DNA of 64,000 nt from Dicyema japonicum (GCA_011109175.1 RDEW01000076.1:71951-135950), one strand, 5' to 3'; shown: positions 12,942 through 26,660, counted from the stretch's first letter. The notes: generated from the sequence alone by a model not told the origin. Numbers and translations: made by a program.

Positions 12942-15394
12942 TCAAAAATCCAAATTCATAATGTTGGAACGTACAAATTCCACTCTCAGACATAATATTT
13001 GTCTAACTTCCACCAGTGACAGTCTCCATTCAAAATGACTGTTATTCCAAACAACAACCACTTCGTCCAACTACAATCAACCAACGACAAACGCTGTTAC
13101 AACACAAAATCCCCATCATCTGAAGCAGTCTCCCGAACCAGTCCCTATAAGCCCACGTGCATTCGGAAGCCACGTAATCCGCCAATCCACGAATTTCCTT
13201 CTCCGCTAAAATTGCCCGATTCTAAATCACTAATAATAACCAACCACATCAAATGATGTTCGAAACACCGCCTTTTCAAGCATACTCACCAACTCACTCA
13301 CAAAAATCCTCAAAAATGACTCATAACAGTCAACGACGAGGACAGTCTGAACTGTACTCTAAATTTACCTTAAAAGTTGATATTTCATCCCCGACCTCTC
13401 CACATAATTCACCAATACTCATTTCTACCTCCCATTCTTCCAAATTCTGGAATAATCCATTAATACACCTTCAGATCCCCCAATGACATAGAGAAGGCAT
13501 TCATCTTTCCAATATATTCCCTGATTATCGGAACCACCACATTTTGTCTCAAAAGGTCTGATACGACCCCTCTAAGTCTCCCAAATTGTTCTACAAGCTG
13601 ACTTAACTCATGTCGAACATTATCTGACAGTTCAACTGACTCCTGTTGGGCAAATACCTCTAAATAGCTCAATATACTGTCTCCTCACCAACGTAGGAGG
13701 ACTCACTCATAAGTCTGAGTGATGAAATCCTGTCAAAACATAGGGAGACACTGTTTAGCAACACTGTCACCTCATTGTGGGATAAAGAAGGGTTGAATTG
13801 TGAACGTCCTTCTTGTTTCATATCCTCAGCCAATGAGGCAAGGTTAGACAATAATAAGCAGTCTAAGAGTCCACAAGTTCGGTTTATGACAGCAAAGTCC
13901 CCTCAGAACTCCCAGTCTCAGCCATCCTGTCAAAGCACTTCCTTACAACATAGAAGATCTCATCAAGGCCATCAAAGACAAACTTATCCATAAACTTGAA
14001 CGGAATGAACTACCGTTAGTGAACACTTACCTTACTCATTACACCTTCAATATATGCCATATCCATAGCAACCACGTGGTTTATTATCTCAGCCATTAGT
14101 ATTCTCAGTCCACATCTACTTCTCAAGGCATAATATTTTGTCCTTACATCTGACACTATTACCACCAACAAACCTGACTTTACAGAGTCCGAGGCCAACT
14201 GTCCCAACTCACTCTACAATAACAATGAATATACATTGATCAGCATATCACAGAATGTAAAGTACAGGTCACTTCGTTTGTATATGAGACACAGCTCAGA
14301 GGAGACCACATTCACTTGTTTTATGCACAATTGGGAGTTCTTTATGCTTGCTGGGCCAATCTAATCAGTTTATACCATAAATAGACCAGTTCTGTCAGTT
14401 GACGGGTTTTTCCGAATAATGCAAATAAATTGCGCATAACAGTGTCACATGTAAGCTGTACCACTTCCAGTAGTCTCAACATGTAGCTTTTCTCGATCAA
14501 ATCTGAAATGACAGCAAATGACAACAGAATTCAGACTGAACGAACAGAGTGAGTGAGTCCTCCAAAGTCCTAGCCATGGTCTCCAAGAATAGACAGGCAT
14601 CGTCAGCAAAGTGCACCTTTTCTCTATAATCAGATTTGGATGATAATTTCCCAATATCCACAAAGTCAGATAGTAGTTTCGATGACAAATAGTGGGAATA
14701 CTTGTCCACGGCAATGTCTTGAAGTGAAAGGAGGCTTAAAATCCTCAGATTTTGACTAATTTGTGCCATTTCTGAGTTAACACTTAATAATTGGTCCAAT
14801 TTGTTTATTGTGACTTCTTCAACAGTAGATTTGTACTCCTCCATCCTATCAAAGGTCTCTTCGTCCACATAATCTGCAATCAATTGACCCTAAACTTTCC
14901 ATAAGAGTGGCTGATATCCTAAGGGTCTCCCTGTCCATTGAGTAAAATTTTTGTATTATTTTAGCCGCCAAAATAAAAAAAATATATAATACATGTTCGT
15001 AGTCGTCGTCCACAAGCGCAGAGGATATGTTGTCGAGACAGTGACGAGCTTCCAGTATGTTCTTTGCCCTTCTCAAACGAATCTCACATTTCTCCCTCTC
15101 AATTTGGATTTCTGTTATTGGTTCGGTTAAGGCTTTGATTCTCGTATTAAACGAGTTTATTAGATGCGACAAATCTGTTGATTTATTTCTCAGCTCTTTC
15201 AATTTGTTGCTAATATGTTAATGAATGGCAAACTTATCATCCGTTACGGTTGACACGTGTTCTACAAAATGGTTGTTTTCCAAATGACTATTTAGTCTTT
15301 CATAGCATAGTTTCTATTGTTAGAGTGGAAGTACTTTTAGGTGGTTTGTTTGAATTTCTAGTTCCTCTAACTCATCAGGAGTTGTCAGATTCAT
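12942..15394 (-). CDS. COG4: Conserved oligomeric Golgi complex subunit 4 (about 10 short introns; one frame break near 13895 and one GT-TG intron)
   Basis: N-terminus ...RAKNILEARHCLDNISSALVDDDYEH/AAKII matches COG4 ADDILDLKFCMDGV..AL..EDYEQAAAHI. Middle region DEIFYVVRKC matches DDVFYIVKKC. C-terminus WRLSLVEVRQILCLRVEF matches WRLTPAEVRQVLALRIDF. ATG at 15394, TGA at 12942. Confidence 0.9.
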
Positions 15395-15554
15395 AGCCCT
15401 GTTGTATAAATTTTCGATCTCTTTGATTTAATTAATTTAATACCATTATCCATTCGACCCACTAAAATTGGGACTATCAATTTAAAATAAAATAAATAAT
15501 TATATTAATATTAATGTTTCTGATAGTTAAAAATATATTTTTTTAATTAACGCG

Positions 15555-16450
15555 CGTCATGTGGTTTGCCGAGCTCAGAACTTTCTTAAAGAAATACGAC
15601 GTTGACATGTGCCTTCTACAGGAGACGAAACTGACACACTTCTCCCCCATTCCAACACTTCCTGGGTACACTGTTATAGAAGGATCTCCATTTGGCGGTG
15701 GAGAAGTCATTACTCTATGATTGTTATCAAAAAGTTGGACCCAGTGTACTCACAGCACTAACACTGATATGTAACATATCCATAATATAAACACAATTCC
15801 AACTATGTGGAAGTTTGCCTACGTCCATCCACTGCAGAAACCTGGAAAACCAAAAGAGTCCCCTTCTTATCAAGTAATATCTCTATTATGCACATTGTCA
15901 ATAATTCTTGAGAAAATGGTCCCATAATTCCAGCACGGATTTAAGAAGGACCTATCTATAATTACGCACCTGCAAACCCTCACGAACTTTATTATGGTGG
16001 GAGTTGAGTCAAAGCTTAGTCACCACAAAACTTTATTGTGCGCGGTTGACATCCGCAGGGTTTTTGACTCGGTCCCCAGAAAAATCTTAACGGGGAAGAT
16101 CTACTGTTCAGAAATCCCCAATATTTTCAAAAGATGACTCGGGAACTTTCTAACTGGTTGAAGAGGAGAGGTCGGACAGACTTCAAGAATGGTTGAAAAG
16201 AAATTCAATGTCCTCGATCTTTCATTAACCGTCGAATAGAAGGCTATCAAGTTATTCCGCAGAACTATTTTTGAATTATGAACTAATCTCACACAAGAAC
16301 AAGGTAAGATTCTGGGAATAACATTTGATGCCACCGTGACCTACTCGTCTCAAAATTTAAAGGATCCTCAAACTGGTATTCACGTTGTACACCCAAATCA
16401 TCAAGTCTACTGTAAGTTATGGATGTGCTGCTTGGAAAACAAAACTTGGC
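15555..16450 (+). mobile_element. Family B LINE collapsed by internal deletions (APE start to RT end in about 0.9 kb)
   Basis: DMCLLQETKL..PTLPGY, then IDIRRVFDSVPRKIL, then KILGITFDA, in order but with large gaps. Confidence 0.7.
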
Positions 16451-16490
16451 AGAACAGACATGGATAAGATCAACTCTGCTTAATCTAGTA

Positions 16491-17328
16491 CAGTCCGACC
16501 CTGAAATGGGGCAAAAATTCCCTAATTTTGAGGTTTCCCCAAAAAAATGAGGGTCTTCTTAAAAAGCCTAATAAAAAATGTGGAAAATTACTTTTATGAT
16601 AATAAATTATTGAATTTTTATTTTGATAAAGAAATCTGTCATTTTCATGATATTTTGTTTTTTTATAGTTAATGCACAATATCTGCTTGAATGGGCCTTC
16701 TGAGTCAACTCACGTCTGATGAAATTTGATCTGAAAGTTATTTGATCAATTAATGGGTTGACTCGTATTTTGATTAAATAAATTCGTCTCAGGCCTTTTT
16801 GAATATGATGTTGTAAATTTTGAACCCCTTATAGCTTCATCTATCTGAGATACAGGATTTTTATCAAAATTATTTCATTATCCAAAAATGATTTTAAACA
16901 CTTATCCCTTTGTGCCATTTCTGTATTAAAGAAGTCGTACTTTTAAAATATTATGTCGATGTTGTATATTGGATACAAGTAGACATAATTAACTTTTCTG
17001 GTTCCGTGGACATTGCTATTAATACAAGTTGCATTATCTATCAGTAATACTATTTTTCTTCTCTCCCTCATTACTTTGTTAATATGAGATAGTCAATTAA
17101 TTAAAAATACGGTCATATCCCTAATTTAATAAGATAAATTTAAAAATTAAAAATTGTGACATTACTTTCAATATTGAATAAGCTTTAAAATATATTAATA
17201 ATTGGGGGTTTATTCGTTAATAATTTTCCACATTTGGGGGTTTATTACTAAAAGAAAATTTAATTATCACTATTAGAATGATAAAATCTCCCCAAAATCG
17301 AGGCTTTCCCCAAAACGAGGTCGGACTG
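16491..17328. mobile_element. pogo/Tigger-type non-autonomous DNA transposon (MITE-like)
   Basis: Terminal inverted repeats CAGTCCGACC (16491-16500) and GGTCGGACTG (17319-17328), TA on the left flank, repeated TTCCCCAAAA/TTGGGG subterminal motifs and an AT-rich non-coding interior. Confidence 0.65.
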
Positions 17329-17641
17329 CATAATCAAAACAATCTTCGAATAACAGAACTACCACTAATGGCAACCCCGTTTGAGGTTTATGTGAGGAAG
17401 TCGGGCGGCATATTCACTCAAAATGGAAAACCGCCAGAAGAACGGTGTTATTGAAAATGTGTCGGTTCCGAGAGGACATTGGGAAAAGATGAGAATATTG
17501 CTGAGAGAAGCTGGGATCACCTGATGGCGTTTCCTTTTAATTAGTGTTTACCTGGTGATTTTTTGCTTAATAATATTTTTAATAAGTCAATTTTTTAATT
17601 CGATTAAATGTATAAAATTCAAATGAGAGTTAAAGAGGAGG

Positions 17642-17870
17642 TCAGGAACCAGTCGATAAAAAGGAGTGGGCATTTCCTTTAACAATTGCCATTTCAAGAC
17701 GTTTGTGAAGCCAATGCCGCTCCCGAGGATTCCCCACCTTGAACAAGATTACAATTTTGATCTTTCGGTGAACACCTCTAGTGACAGGTCCGTCACAAAG
17801 TTTGTCTGAACAAGGCAAAACAATGCTTCTGATCCTAGATAGTTGTTCCCGTTTAGGAGCCAATGAAAGG
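17642..17870 (-). mobile_element. CRE-like element, extreme 3' fragment
   Basis: GNPRERHWLHKRLEMAIVKGNAHS parallels the C-terminus of the 6.5-9.5 kb CRE (KDPRETGWFRESISLDIVRGNSMA). Confidence 0.7.
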
Positions 17871-18082
17871 ACTCACAGAGTGAAGATCCTTCATTTGGAT
17901 TTGATTCAATAACCTTTCTTTTGTAGATCAGAGAGTAACCTCATAAGTGAAGACCTCTCCTAAGATGTGGTAAATACAATCTCTGCTTATAAGCAGGTTT
18001 AAGAAGTATACGATGTAACTGGAGTTCACATTCACATGGTTCCCATTAGTAAGTCCAATATAGTACTCAATAATGGCTTTAA

Positions 18083-18450
18083 AGTTAGTTAAGTAACCCC
18101 GGCCTCATTAACTTGTAAGAGACTAGAGCTATTCAGGACGCAGCTATTGCTGGTCGCTTCAATACATCAGTCAGTCTTGGCATTGTAGACGAACAGCGTA
18201 CTATTTCAGGACATTCAAATAGGTGATTTGCTGTCAACTCAGAGAAGTCTAAAAAACAGAGGACATATTTTACATCATCCAGTTTACGCACGTCAGTAAT
18301 GAGTGGGTAGCGCCCACATTGTAGACAAGCCAGGTTTACCCGGATGTCCCTTGGAAGAGAGGATTCTGATTGGTCGATTAGAGGAGGGGGTCGTTGTAGT
18401 ATAAATTCACATCTTCCACCATCCTGACAATAACACTTCATCACTCAAAT
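18083..18450 (-). mobile_element. 3' end of an I-group LINE (family A) with (TAAC)n tail
   Basis: RVNLACLQCG...NHLFECP zinc motif, then TACAAGTTAAT.AGGC.GGGGTTACTTAACTAAC, matching 24280-24327. Confidence 0.8.
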
Positions 18451-18517
18451 AGACTTTCGCACAAATGGCATACAAGAAATAATATCTCCTCAAAAAATCC
18501 CGCTCTGAATTTGAATA

Positions 18518-19419
18518 TGTCACAGGCGCGTTACCGAGCGCTACGCGTTACATAATGCTCAAATTTACAATTTCAAGCATTTTTTAAACTTTACACATGT
18601 TTTTCTCATTTATTATAATTAAAATTAAAAAAATTCTAATTTAAATATTTTTGGAAGGCGCAACAATTTTTAAATTTTAAATAGCATAATACAGGCGTGT
18701 TTTATAAAGTTAAGCTGATGGCTCGGTTTTCGTTAAAACAACCCAGGAATAAATTGATATAATGGAAGAGAAGGGGATCGTAGATCTAATGACAAGACAA
18801 AAAATACCGATTAACTCAAAAGTCAAAGATTTTTTTATCTATCAATGGGAGGTTATACCTTAAAGACACAAACGAAACCACAAATTGTGATCTTCTCTAA
18901 AATTAGTGTCCTCGCAAATTCATCAATTGACCCATTTGGACACAACACATTGGAACAATATTGCAATGAAAGATATTTTTTCATGAAAAGAGAAATTATT
19001 TTGAAAGTGGTGTCAGAATGTGATATTCCATGTAGAGCATTATGTAACTGCTTCAACGTCCAACAAATTCATATTGTGCCTAACAATCCAAGGAGTCAAG
19101 GGATCATCGAACACTTTCAGATAATCACAAGATCACTATCTAAGATGATCTCCGAAGATAAGTGGTGGACTAAAAACATAAAGGAAGCAGATGGAGTGGA
19201 CATGGCGTTAATGGTAATTGATTCAATGCACGACAATACAACGAGCGAAAATTCGATCAAATTGCACATATTGACGGGATCTTCCGTTCGACAGCGGAGC
19301 GTATCTCCAACTTCCGGCTTGAGGAATACTCACGGAAGCAGGCCAAACTGGTAGTCAGACTCGGAAAGCTTGGAATCATTCTCTACCTGTATATCTCTCG
19401 TCGCTAATGGCCTGTAACA
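18518..19419 (+). mobile_element. Ginger-like (Gypsy-integrase-related) DNA transposon remnant
   Basis: Starts TGTCACAGGC and a matching GCCTGTAACA lies at 19410-19419. The interior encodes GHNTLEQYCNERYF...KVVSECDIPC (HHCC) and HIVPNNPRSQGIIEH (integrase core). No RT or LTR is seen and no TSD is recognisable. Confidence 0.6.
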
Positions 19420-19779
19420 CTTTTGTCAAGAGGATTCTACACTCCCTCCCTGAATTCTCGTCATACCAGGACGTCGCTCATGTCATGAGGCCTGGAGATG
19501 TACCCATTAGTTTCCCAACCTTCCATGATCATTACAAAGCCACACATGAAACGCATCAAAAAATAATTAAAGATGAATAATTTTTACATGATATTAATTT
19601 TAAATTAATAAAAAAAACTTGAAGCGTTTGCAGCTCTGGGAAATACCCAATGAACCTCAAATCGGCCAGATTATTCTCGTAGTTTTTTTAGTTTGGATTT
19701 AACGTTAAAACTCTGGCAGAAGCACTTAGAACTGTTTTTACATATAGTAAAAAATTAATTTGTTAACAAAATTATTTTT

Positions 19780-20400
19780 TTATTTATATAGTTATTTTCA
19801 AAAAAAGTTCTTTGAGCACTGATGGTAGTATTGTTTTTGGTCTCCGTATTGCATAAAGTATATTTCCATTGCAATGTGGCAGGAATGCCGACGTCCATCC
19901 GCAGAACATGACCAAAAAGTTTCCATCTCGATTTCAGAATTTCCACTGACAAAGTTTATGAATTACGTTTCTTGTATGAACAATTATTCGAGATCTTTAC
20001 CAGATATCGTATCTTAAGGAGCATAGGGGACATAGAGTCCCCTTGAGGTATTCCCCACGTTGTGTGAAAATATCTTGTAGTTTTTTTCCGATTCTTACAC
20101 AAAGTTGTGTATTCTTGAGTAACAGATTTATCATTTTTGTTTACTCAGTTTGGAAATAGTATCAAGAGCAAGCCTTTGTGGATGGATTCAAAAGCTCGAG
20201 TCATGTCGACCTCAAGCATCTCAATGTTTTTTGTATTTTTGACATAAGGAACCAGCCCATCGATGTGCCCAGATTACGTCAACGGTTGATCTTTCCCAGA
20301 ATCCGCTTTGTCCAGAGAATAAAAACCGTTAGCTTTGTCTTTTATTAGGTGCAGTATAATGAGGGATGATGTTTTCCTTAATGTCGTCACTAATTGGCCT
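19780..20400 (-). mobile_element. RTE RT fragment
   Basis: QGDSMSPMLL and ILKSRWKLFGHVLRMDVGIPA on the minus strand. Confidence 0.65.
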
Positions 20401-20583
20401 CAGATTATTATCTCTATTCAGAATATAACCTGTCAGTTAATAGAAATCACAACATTTTGAATTCTTTGTTTTCTTTTTTGACCGTACTTAATAATGACAA
20501 TAATTATACCACCACCATGTCTATAACTGAATCCTCCATAGTAGTTATTTAATTTTTATTATTTAAATAAAATAAATTAAATT

Positions 20584-20720
20584 ATTCCAAAGACCAATTG
20601 TAAAATCAAACTGTATTTTTTTCATTTCAAAACCAAACTAATTCCTTGATCTTGACACGTTCCAGCAGGACCCTCACTCAAGCACAGTGATCCAGAGGAT
20701 TATTCCCACATGCTACCTAC
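20584..20720 (-). repeat. Family B LINE 3' terminus
   Basis: Reverse complement of ...GGAATTAGTTTGGTT...GGTCTTTGGAAT, the terminal motif also seen at 33305, 36142, 46633 and 63824. Confidence 0.6.
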
Positions 20721-20899
20721 TTGGTCTAAGGATTCTTTTCTGTATTTGAATCTTCAATTCTTAAGAGGCGTTATCTGCTCTAAATCAATAAACGCTCAAT
20801 GTATGGCCGGAACCCATAATAAATCCCTCTATTTCATACTACAATGGAGGGGTGTTCAAAAATGGCGTGTTTGACGTTGCAAAACAAATGTCAAAGACG

Positions 20900-21260
20900 A
20901 GCTTTGGACGCTGCTGGACACCCTTTCTATACTTGAACCAGATTGACAGGAAACGACCCGGATGACCATCTTCTCTTTTGAAGTCGGGAAACCTCTTGTC
21001 TTGGACGTCACCTGCACTGACACATCGCCCCTTGCAACCTACTACATCAAAGTGCTTCTGGAGTCTGCTCTGCCGCTGAGAAGCCTGAGAGGTCAAAACA
21101 AGCAAAATACTCGGTCTTACCAAAGGATTTTTGTTTGTGCCGATAGCGATAAAAGCGTCTGCTTCCATTGCGCCTGCGACGGTGGAATTCCTGAGTCGTC
21201 TGGAGAATTGGATTTCTACATGAACAGGAGATCTCTGTTGACTATTTGAGCGGATCTCGC
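20900..21260 (+). mobile_element. CRE-like restriction-like endonuclease fragment
   Basis: RKRP(D/G).MTIFSFEVGKPLVLDVTCTDT matches the RPDG.T..P...G..L.WDV motif of CRE elements. Confidence 0.7.
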
Positions 21261-21850
21261 TCGTCATCCTGAAAGGGAATAGCCACACTTTTAGTTAAAA
21301 GACCAGCATTGTGAAGATGTTCCCTCAGATCACCTCAACTTCGAGTCTCTGCCTCAACCAGAGTCCTTCGCGTGGCTCGCATTTCTACAAGACAAGCCTT
21401 AGTCCGATACTGGAAAAAGTCTCCATCGCAATAAGAATAAAAAGGTAGTTATTCCTGAGTGATTCGTACTTTCAGATTTCCTCGACCTCTGCATTATCTG
21501 CGGCGTCTCCAGGTGAGTGTATCGCCTTTATCAATCTGGCCACAGAAAAGGCGTCCACACATGTGGCGTCCCAAACTAGTGATTTTCCGTTGGATTATGG
21601 AAATAATGACATTCCATCTGGCTCCTTCCCTGGCTAGCTATAATATCCTTGAGTTTCACTCGTTAGAATTAATTTGATAGAGTTGGAACTAATCCTGCCG
21701 AACCGTATGGATCGTGAAGCGGAAGAGGGATAAGCGAGAGAGAAGCTGCTTCTTATAAATTGTTAGGGGAAATGTGTTTTCAAATCTGAGAGCGGCCTTC
21801 CTTGACTGAAAAGAACCTTTGGCTAGTCGTTAACCTTTATCTAAATTTTT

Positions 21851-22168
21851 TTATATTGCCAAAAAGTAAGGTAAACTTTTTCTATAATAATGCTTAAAGT
21901 TCTTGATCGTTCCTACATCTATTGGTTGTAGATGAGCGGTTGTGTTTTTTGAAAGGAATAAAATTTCAATGTTTTCAAAAAATGTCGTTAAAACGTGGCT
22001 TGGAGTACTATCAGTCAGTAAAATGAAATTTTTTAAGTAACATTTTAATTCATCACTAAGATAACTGATGAAAACATTTAACAGTCTGTCGTCATCCAGC
22101 CCCTTTATTGCATAGTACAATATTTTCAAAATCAAACTCTTTAAGCATCTAGGAGATAGTTCTCCCAT
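21851..22168 (-). mobile_element. pogo/CENP-B-type DDE_1 transposase fragment
   Basis: ILLTDSTPSH...NIEILFLSKNTTAHLQPIDVGTIKNFKHYYRK is a typical pogo DDE_1 segment. Confidence 0.85.
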
Positions 22169-22346
22169 ATGCTAGGAGATTAAGAGTAGGTTCAGGAGAT
22201 AATCTGTAAATTTACAATAAAGAAGTAAAGACTACAGATATTGTGTATCTTAAGCCATTAAAATTTAATTAATAAAAAATAATAGTTATGTAAGCCTGAG
22301 AGTCGATATTTACGAGTCATTGCGGCGTCTGAAGGACTATACTTGG

Positions 22347-24327
22347 ACTATACAAAACTAAAGGATTTTGGGGCACTTTACGTGGAATTCAGTCCAAACA
22401 AAATAGAATGGAGACAACCCACGCCACCAGGATTGACAAGAATCAAACACCACGTGATTTCACTCATCAAGCGATGTCATAATGGACCACTACGTAAAAG
22501 TGAGTCACATAGATATGAACAAATGCTCTCGTCCATGCAAATTGAAAAACGTTCAAACTCCTCAAGGAAAATCGATTGAAATCAGTACGTTGGATGTCGA
22601 AAAACTCATCAAAAACGCCAAAAACTCTCCTGTCAAAGGGCTTGATGGAATCTGCATTCTGCATTTAAAGCACCTGGGAACGCAAGGACTCAAAGCAATA
22701 ACAGACATAATTTCTGTGTCCATCAACACCTGCAGAATTCCTGCACTATGGAAAAAATCCAAAATAATCCCAATCCTGAAGGCCAAGAAAGATCCTTCAG
22801 ATCCGGGATCTTTCAGACCAATTTCACTACTATCTGTAGTATCGAAAATTGTTGAATGTGTACTGAAACTAATATCGAAGTATCTTCCCTGATTTTCAAC
22901 ATGGCTTTCGTCCACAATACTCAACATTAACACATCTCTCTACCCTAACTCAATATATCGCTGATGGTTTTAACAATTATAATCCTCCCAAACGGACTAT
23001 CCTCGCATCGATCGACCTAACCAAGGCGCGTGCAAAGTAACAAAATTCTTGTATCTGGAATTCCTCCACGTCTACAGAATTGGTTAACGAATTTCCTCTC
23101 TGGAAGAATTGGTCGAGCTGAAATTATCTCATGTCTGTCTAATTACAGACTCTTCCAAATGGAGTTCCCCGAGGCTCCGTTTTATCACCCACCTTATTCA
23201 ACTTACACCTAGGCGACATTCCAATCAATTCCAAGACACTTCTACATTTGTATGCGGATGACATGATTGTTGCCTCTAAAGACATAGACGTTAACGAAGC
23301 AACGAAAAATGTTCAGATCTACTTGAACACTCTTGAAGACTGGCTTGGAACAAACCACCAATCCCCCTCTCCATCGAAATCCACCGTCACTGAATTCACG
23401 TCCAACCGCCGCCAACTAAATTTTCAACCAATTTTAACAATTCATGGACAACCACTCACCGTTACGAAACATCCCAAAATACTTGAAGTTATTTATGACC
23501 AACTACTAACTTTCTCTAAACATGTGGAGGAACAATGTACAAAGGCCTCTAACAAGATCAACATACTTAAAGCTGTGTCAGGTCATTCCTTTGGCCAAAG
23601 CAAAGAAGTCCTAACCATCATAAACAATTCATTCGAACAACTATCAACTATGCAAGCCCTTGCTGGTCAACCTCTGCCTCTCTTACTTCTATTGACAAAT
23701 TAACAAAAAGTACAAAACATCGCGCTCAGGATAATTACTGGATGTCTCAGATCAACTCTTGTCGATCATCTACATTGGGAGTCAAAGATCCTTTCAATTG
23801 GAGACCATCTGGAAATGAGAGCCCTGCAGTTCCTCTCCCAAGCCTACAGTCTAGAACATCCCTGCCACTCATTATGCAAGACGCAAAACAAAAGGAAAAT
23901 TATTATGACAATTAGTGACCTGTCTCAATGTTATCATCCATTCCTTCCATCCCCAATGACAGGAGTCGTCTGAACAGATACACGATTTTGTTTCTACGAG
24001 GAGCATCCGAAGACTCGGAGACAATTACAGCGACCCCTTCCTCCAATAGACCAATCAGAATCCTCTCTTTCAAGGGACGTGCGAGTAAACCTGGCTCGTC
24101 TATGATGTGGGAACAACCCATATCTACCAGCTTATGATGTACTCTGCCTCTTTTGCAACCTCCACGTGCTGACAACAAATCACCTTATTTCAATGTCATG
24201 AATTGGCAAGACATTTCTCCACAATGTCGGAACTGACCGATCTATGGGAGACCAACATCTGCGTGCTACTTAATAGCTGCTGGCCTCCTACAAGTTAATA
24301 AGGCTGGGGTTACTTAACTAACTAACT
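22347..24327 (+). mobile_element. 5'-truncated I-group LINE (family A; Ingi/Vingi-like, no RNase H seen)
   Basis: RT motifs WKKSKIIPILK.KKDPSDPGSFRPISLLS, IDLTKA, GVPRGSVLSP, YADD and SGHSFGQSKEVL; C-terminal CCHC-like motif; (TAAC)n tail. Probable 15-bp TSD AAGG(A/G)CTATACTT(G/A)G at 22332-22346 and 24328-24342. Confidence 0.85.
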
Positions 24328-25189
24328 AAGGGCTATACTTAGCGCCGATTGTGAATCATCTGACGGAACGAGCATTAATCTTTTATATTCAAGGCAAGTG
24401 ACACAAATATGCTCCGAGGTTGATTACAGCTTTGAAAACTAGGTTCGTTCCACTCAAAGTATAAACTTCCGGTACCATTCCCGGGACACTAGAAAATCAG
24501 ATATTGACACGCATCGGTAATCTCCGCGAGCTATTGAGCAAATCTCGCTAATACTGAGAGGGAATAGCCATGTAATCAGGGTGGCTGACGTATGGTCCTC
24601 GAGTTGGTTGTTCAACGATTGTTAAATAAAATCTAAAAAACTAAAGCCTTCTAGTTAAGAGGCAGAAATGCGTAAGCGTTCTTTCTGATCACCACCAATT
24701 CGATCCTCTGCCTCAACCGAAGTCCTTCGCTGGGTTCGATATTGGAGAGAAAGGCGTCCGTCTAAGCACTAAAAAAATTCTTGATAAATCTTACCTTCCT
24801 GTGATTTTCCGTTTGTTTATCTCGCAGTAGAAACCTCCGGAGGCTCCGTATATACGTCCTAAGCTTTTCTAAAAAGACTATTTCAGCCGGCTCAGGGGAC
24901 CTTCGTGAGCATTGATGGTTGAGCCATGAATCATTTAATTATGGGGAACAATGATAACGTTTATGCATACCTTGGGACCTATGGAAACAACGGTTGTTTT
25001 GACATCTCCTTGTAGTGGTAATTGTTCGTGGGAATGCCCACTGTTTATTGGCAGCTGGTCCACTTAGATAAAGAGCTTAATGTTAATTAATTGTGAAAGG
25101 ATTTACTATAAAATAATTAAAATAAATTAATTTATAATAAATCATTTTTTTAAATCTTAAATTTTTTTATTCTAGAAATAGGTTATATC

Positions 25190-25900
25190 TAACCAATGGT
25201 GTCTTACAAGGTTCCCCCTTATCACCCGCCTTATTTAACTTATACATGTCCAATTTATCACAACTCGATAATAAACGATTTCCTTCTATCACATGCTGAT
25301 GACCCATTAATCGGATCCCGCAAACAAGATCTCCTAAAAGCATCAGATAGACTACAAGAATACCTTCACAGGATTCAAATTTGGCTAAATTATAACCGGC
25401 TTGATATATCTACTGAAAAATCTTCTTCCTTATTTACCTCAGACAAACGACTTGGACAAATGACATATATCAACCAGACCAAAATACTTTTCACCAAGAA
25501 ACTGAAAATCTTACGGATCACCTTTGACACACACGTCCTTTTCATCGACGGCATCTCTGGAAGCTGCTCAAGAAAGCTAGGGATAATCAAAACTATTTTC
25601 TGTGCCATTAAAGCCCTTATCCCAGCTTTGAAATTATTGTACAAACAATCCATTGAGCCATCAGTCAGCTATGCCTGTACATAATGGGGAATCAATCTGT
25701 CCTGGACGAACAAACAAAGAATCAGTGACATTCAGGCCTTAACAGTTACTACTATTAGTAATCTCGGGAAACTAAAAAAACTAATTCCCTCATCACTTGA
25801 AGATCTCATCCGACAAAATGGAAAGGGATTTGCTACCCTGTGCAGTGAGTGCAACTCCCAACATTACACAATCACAACGTGTCTTATGAGAAGGGTATAC
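25190..25900 (+). mobile_element. Family B LINE RT 3' fragment
   Basis: HADD, LDISTEKSSSLFTSDKRL, KILRITFD and LYKQSIEPSVSYAC. Confidence 0.8.
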
Positions 25901-25970
25901 ATCACCCCTCTCTAATTCTAATTATTCGAATTTGTAAGATCACTTATGTAATTTACTAAATGTAATACAC

Positions 25971-26660
25971 TTAATTTTACTGATTTTTCCCGCCATAATT
26001 TTATTTAAATTAAATATAATAAGTCTAAAGAAAACTGAGAAGTGGAGAAAATTTCAACTATTTGGGGACGTAGAACATTACAAGGAAGCTGAAACGCCTT
26101 AGATAATTTGATTGCTCCTAACACCAGACGGATGAGCCTATCGCTATTATGGTTTTACGTGTTACATAATAATAATTTACTGACTTCCTGTTCATCACAT
26201 AAACTTACAATCATTAAAGACTACAGTTCGAACACAACATAATGTCAAAATATAAACAATTCATCATATTGTAGGACACGTGCTCATTCGTTTAAAATAA
26301 TGATTTGCACAAAGACAATACTGACAAAATGCATGTCCACATATTCTGCAGCGAATAATACGCCCATATTCATTGGCTGTTGATTTATGACTGCACAGGG
26401 ACACAATACGAAGTCTTCCTTACCGACGACCTAGGAATTATAGTAATATTCTTTGTTACATAATTGCAACTGTTTTTCATCAAAGAGTAAGAAGTCGTAT
26501 TAAGTGGGGACGTCTTATTTGGTATTTTCGGTGATGGCCTCACATTTTCCTTTAATTTCGATTATTTACTTACCTTATTTACTTGATTTAGTATATTATT
26601 CATTCAATTTCAATGTAACAAAGTATTCACAATTAATTTTACTGATTTTTCCCGCCATAA
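25971..26660. repeat. 28-bp exact direct repeat pair
   Basis: TTAATTTTACTGATTTTTCCCGCCATAA at 25971-25998 and 26633-26660. Confidence 0.9.

Noticed and set aside
12897-12944. 22-bp direct repeat at the COG4 stop as a TSD
   Set aside because: The copies are 4 bp apart and do not flank the LINE; a local slippage duplication.
24658-24716. tRNA or ribozyme (GAGGCAGA/TCTGCCTC stem, TTCGA); similar sequence near 21330-21380
   Set aside because: Too short for a cloverleaf with no proper T-stem, and the stem is not conserved in the second copy; probably a degenerate repeat.
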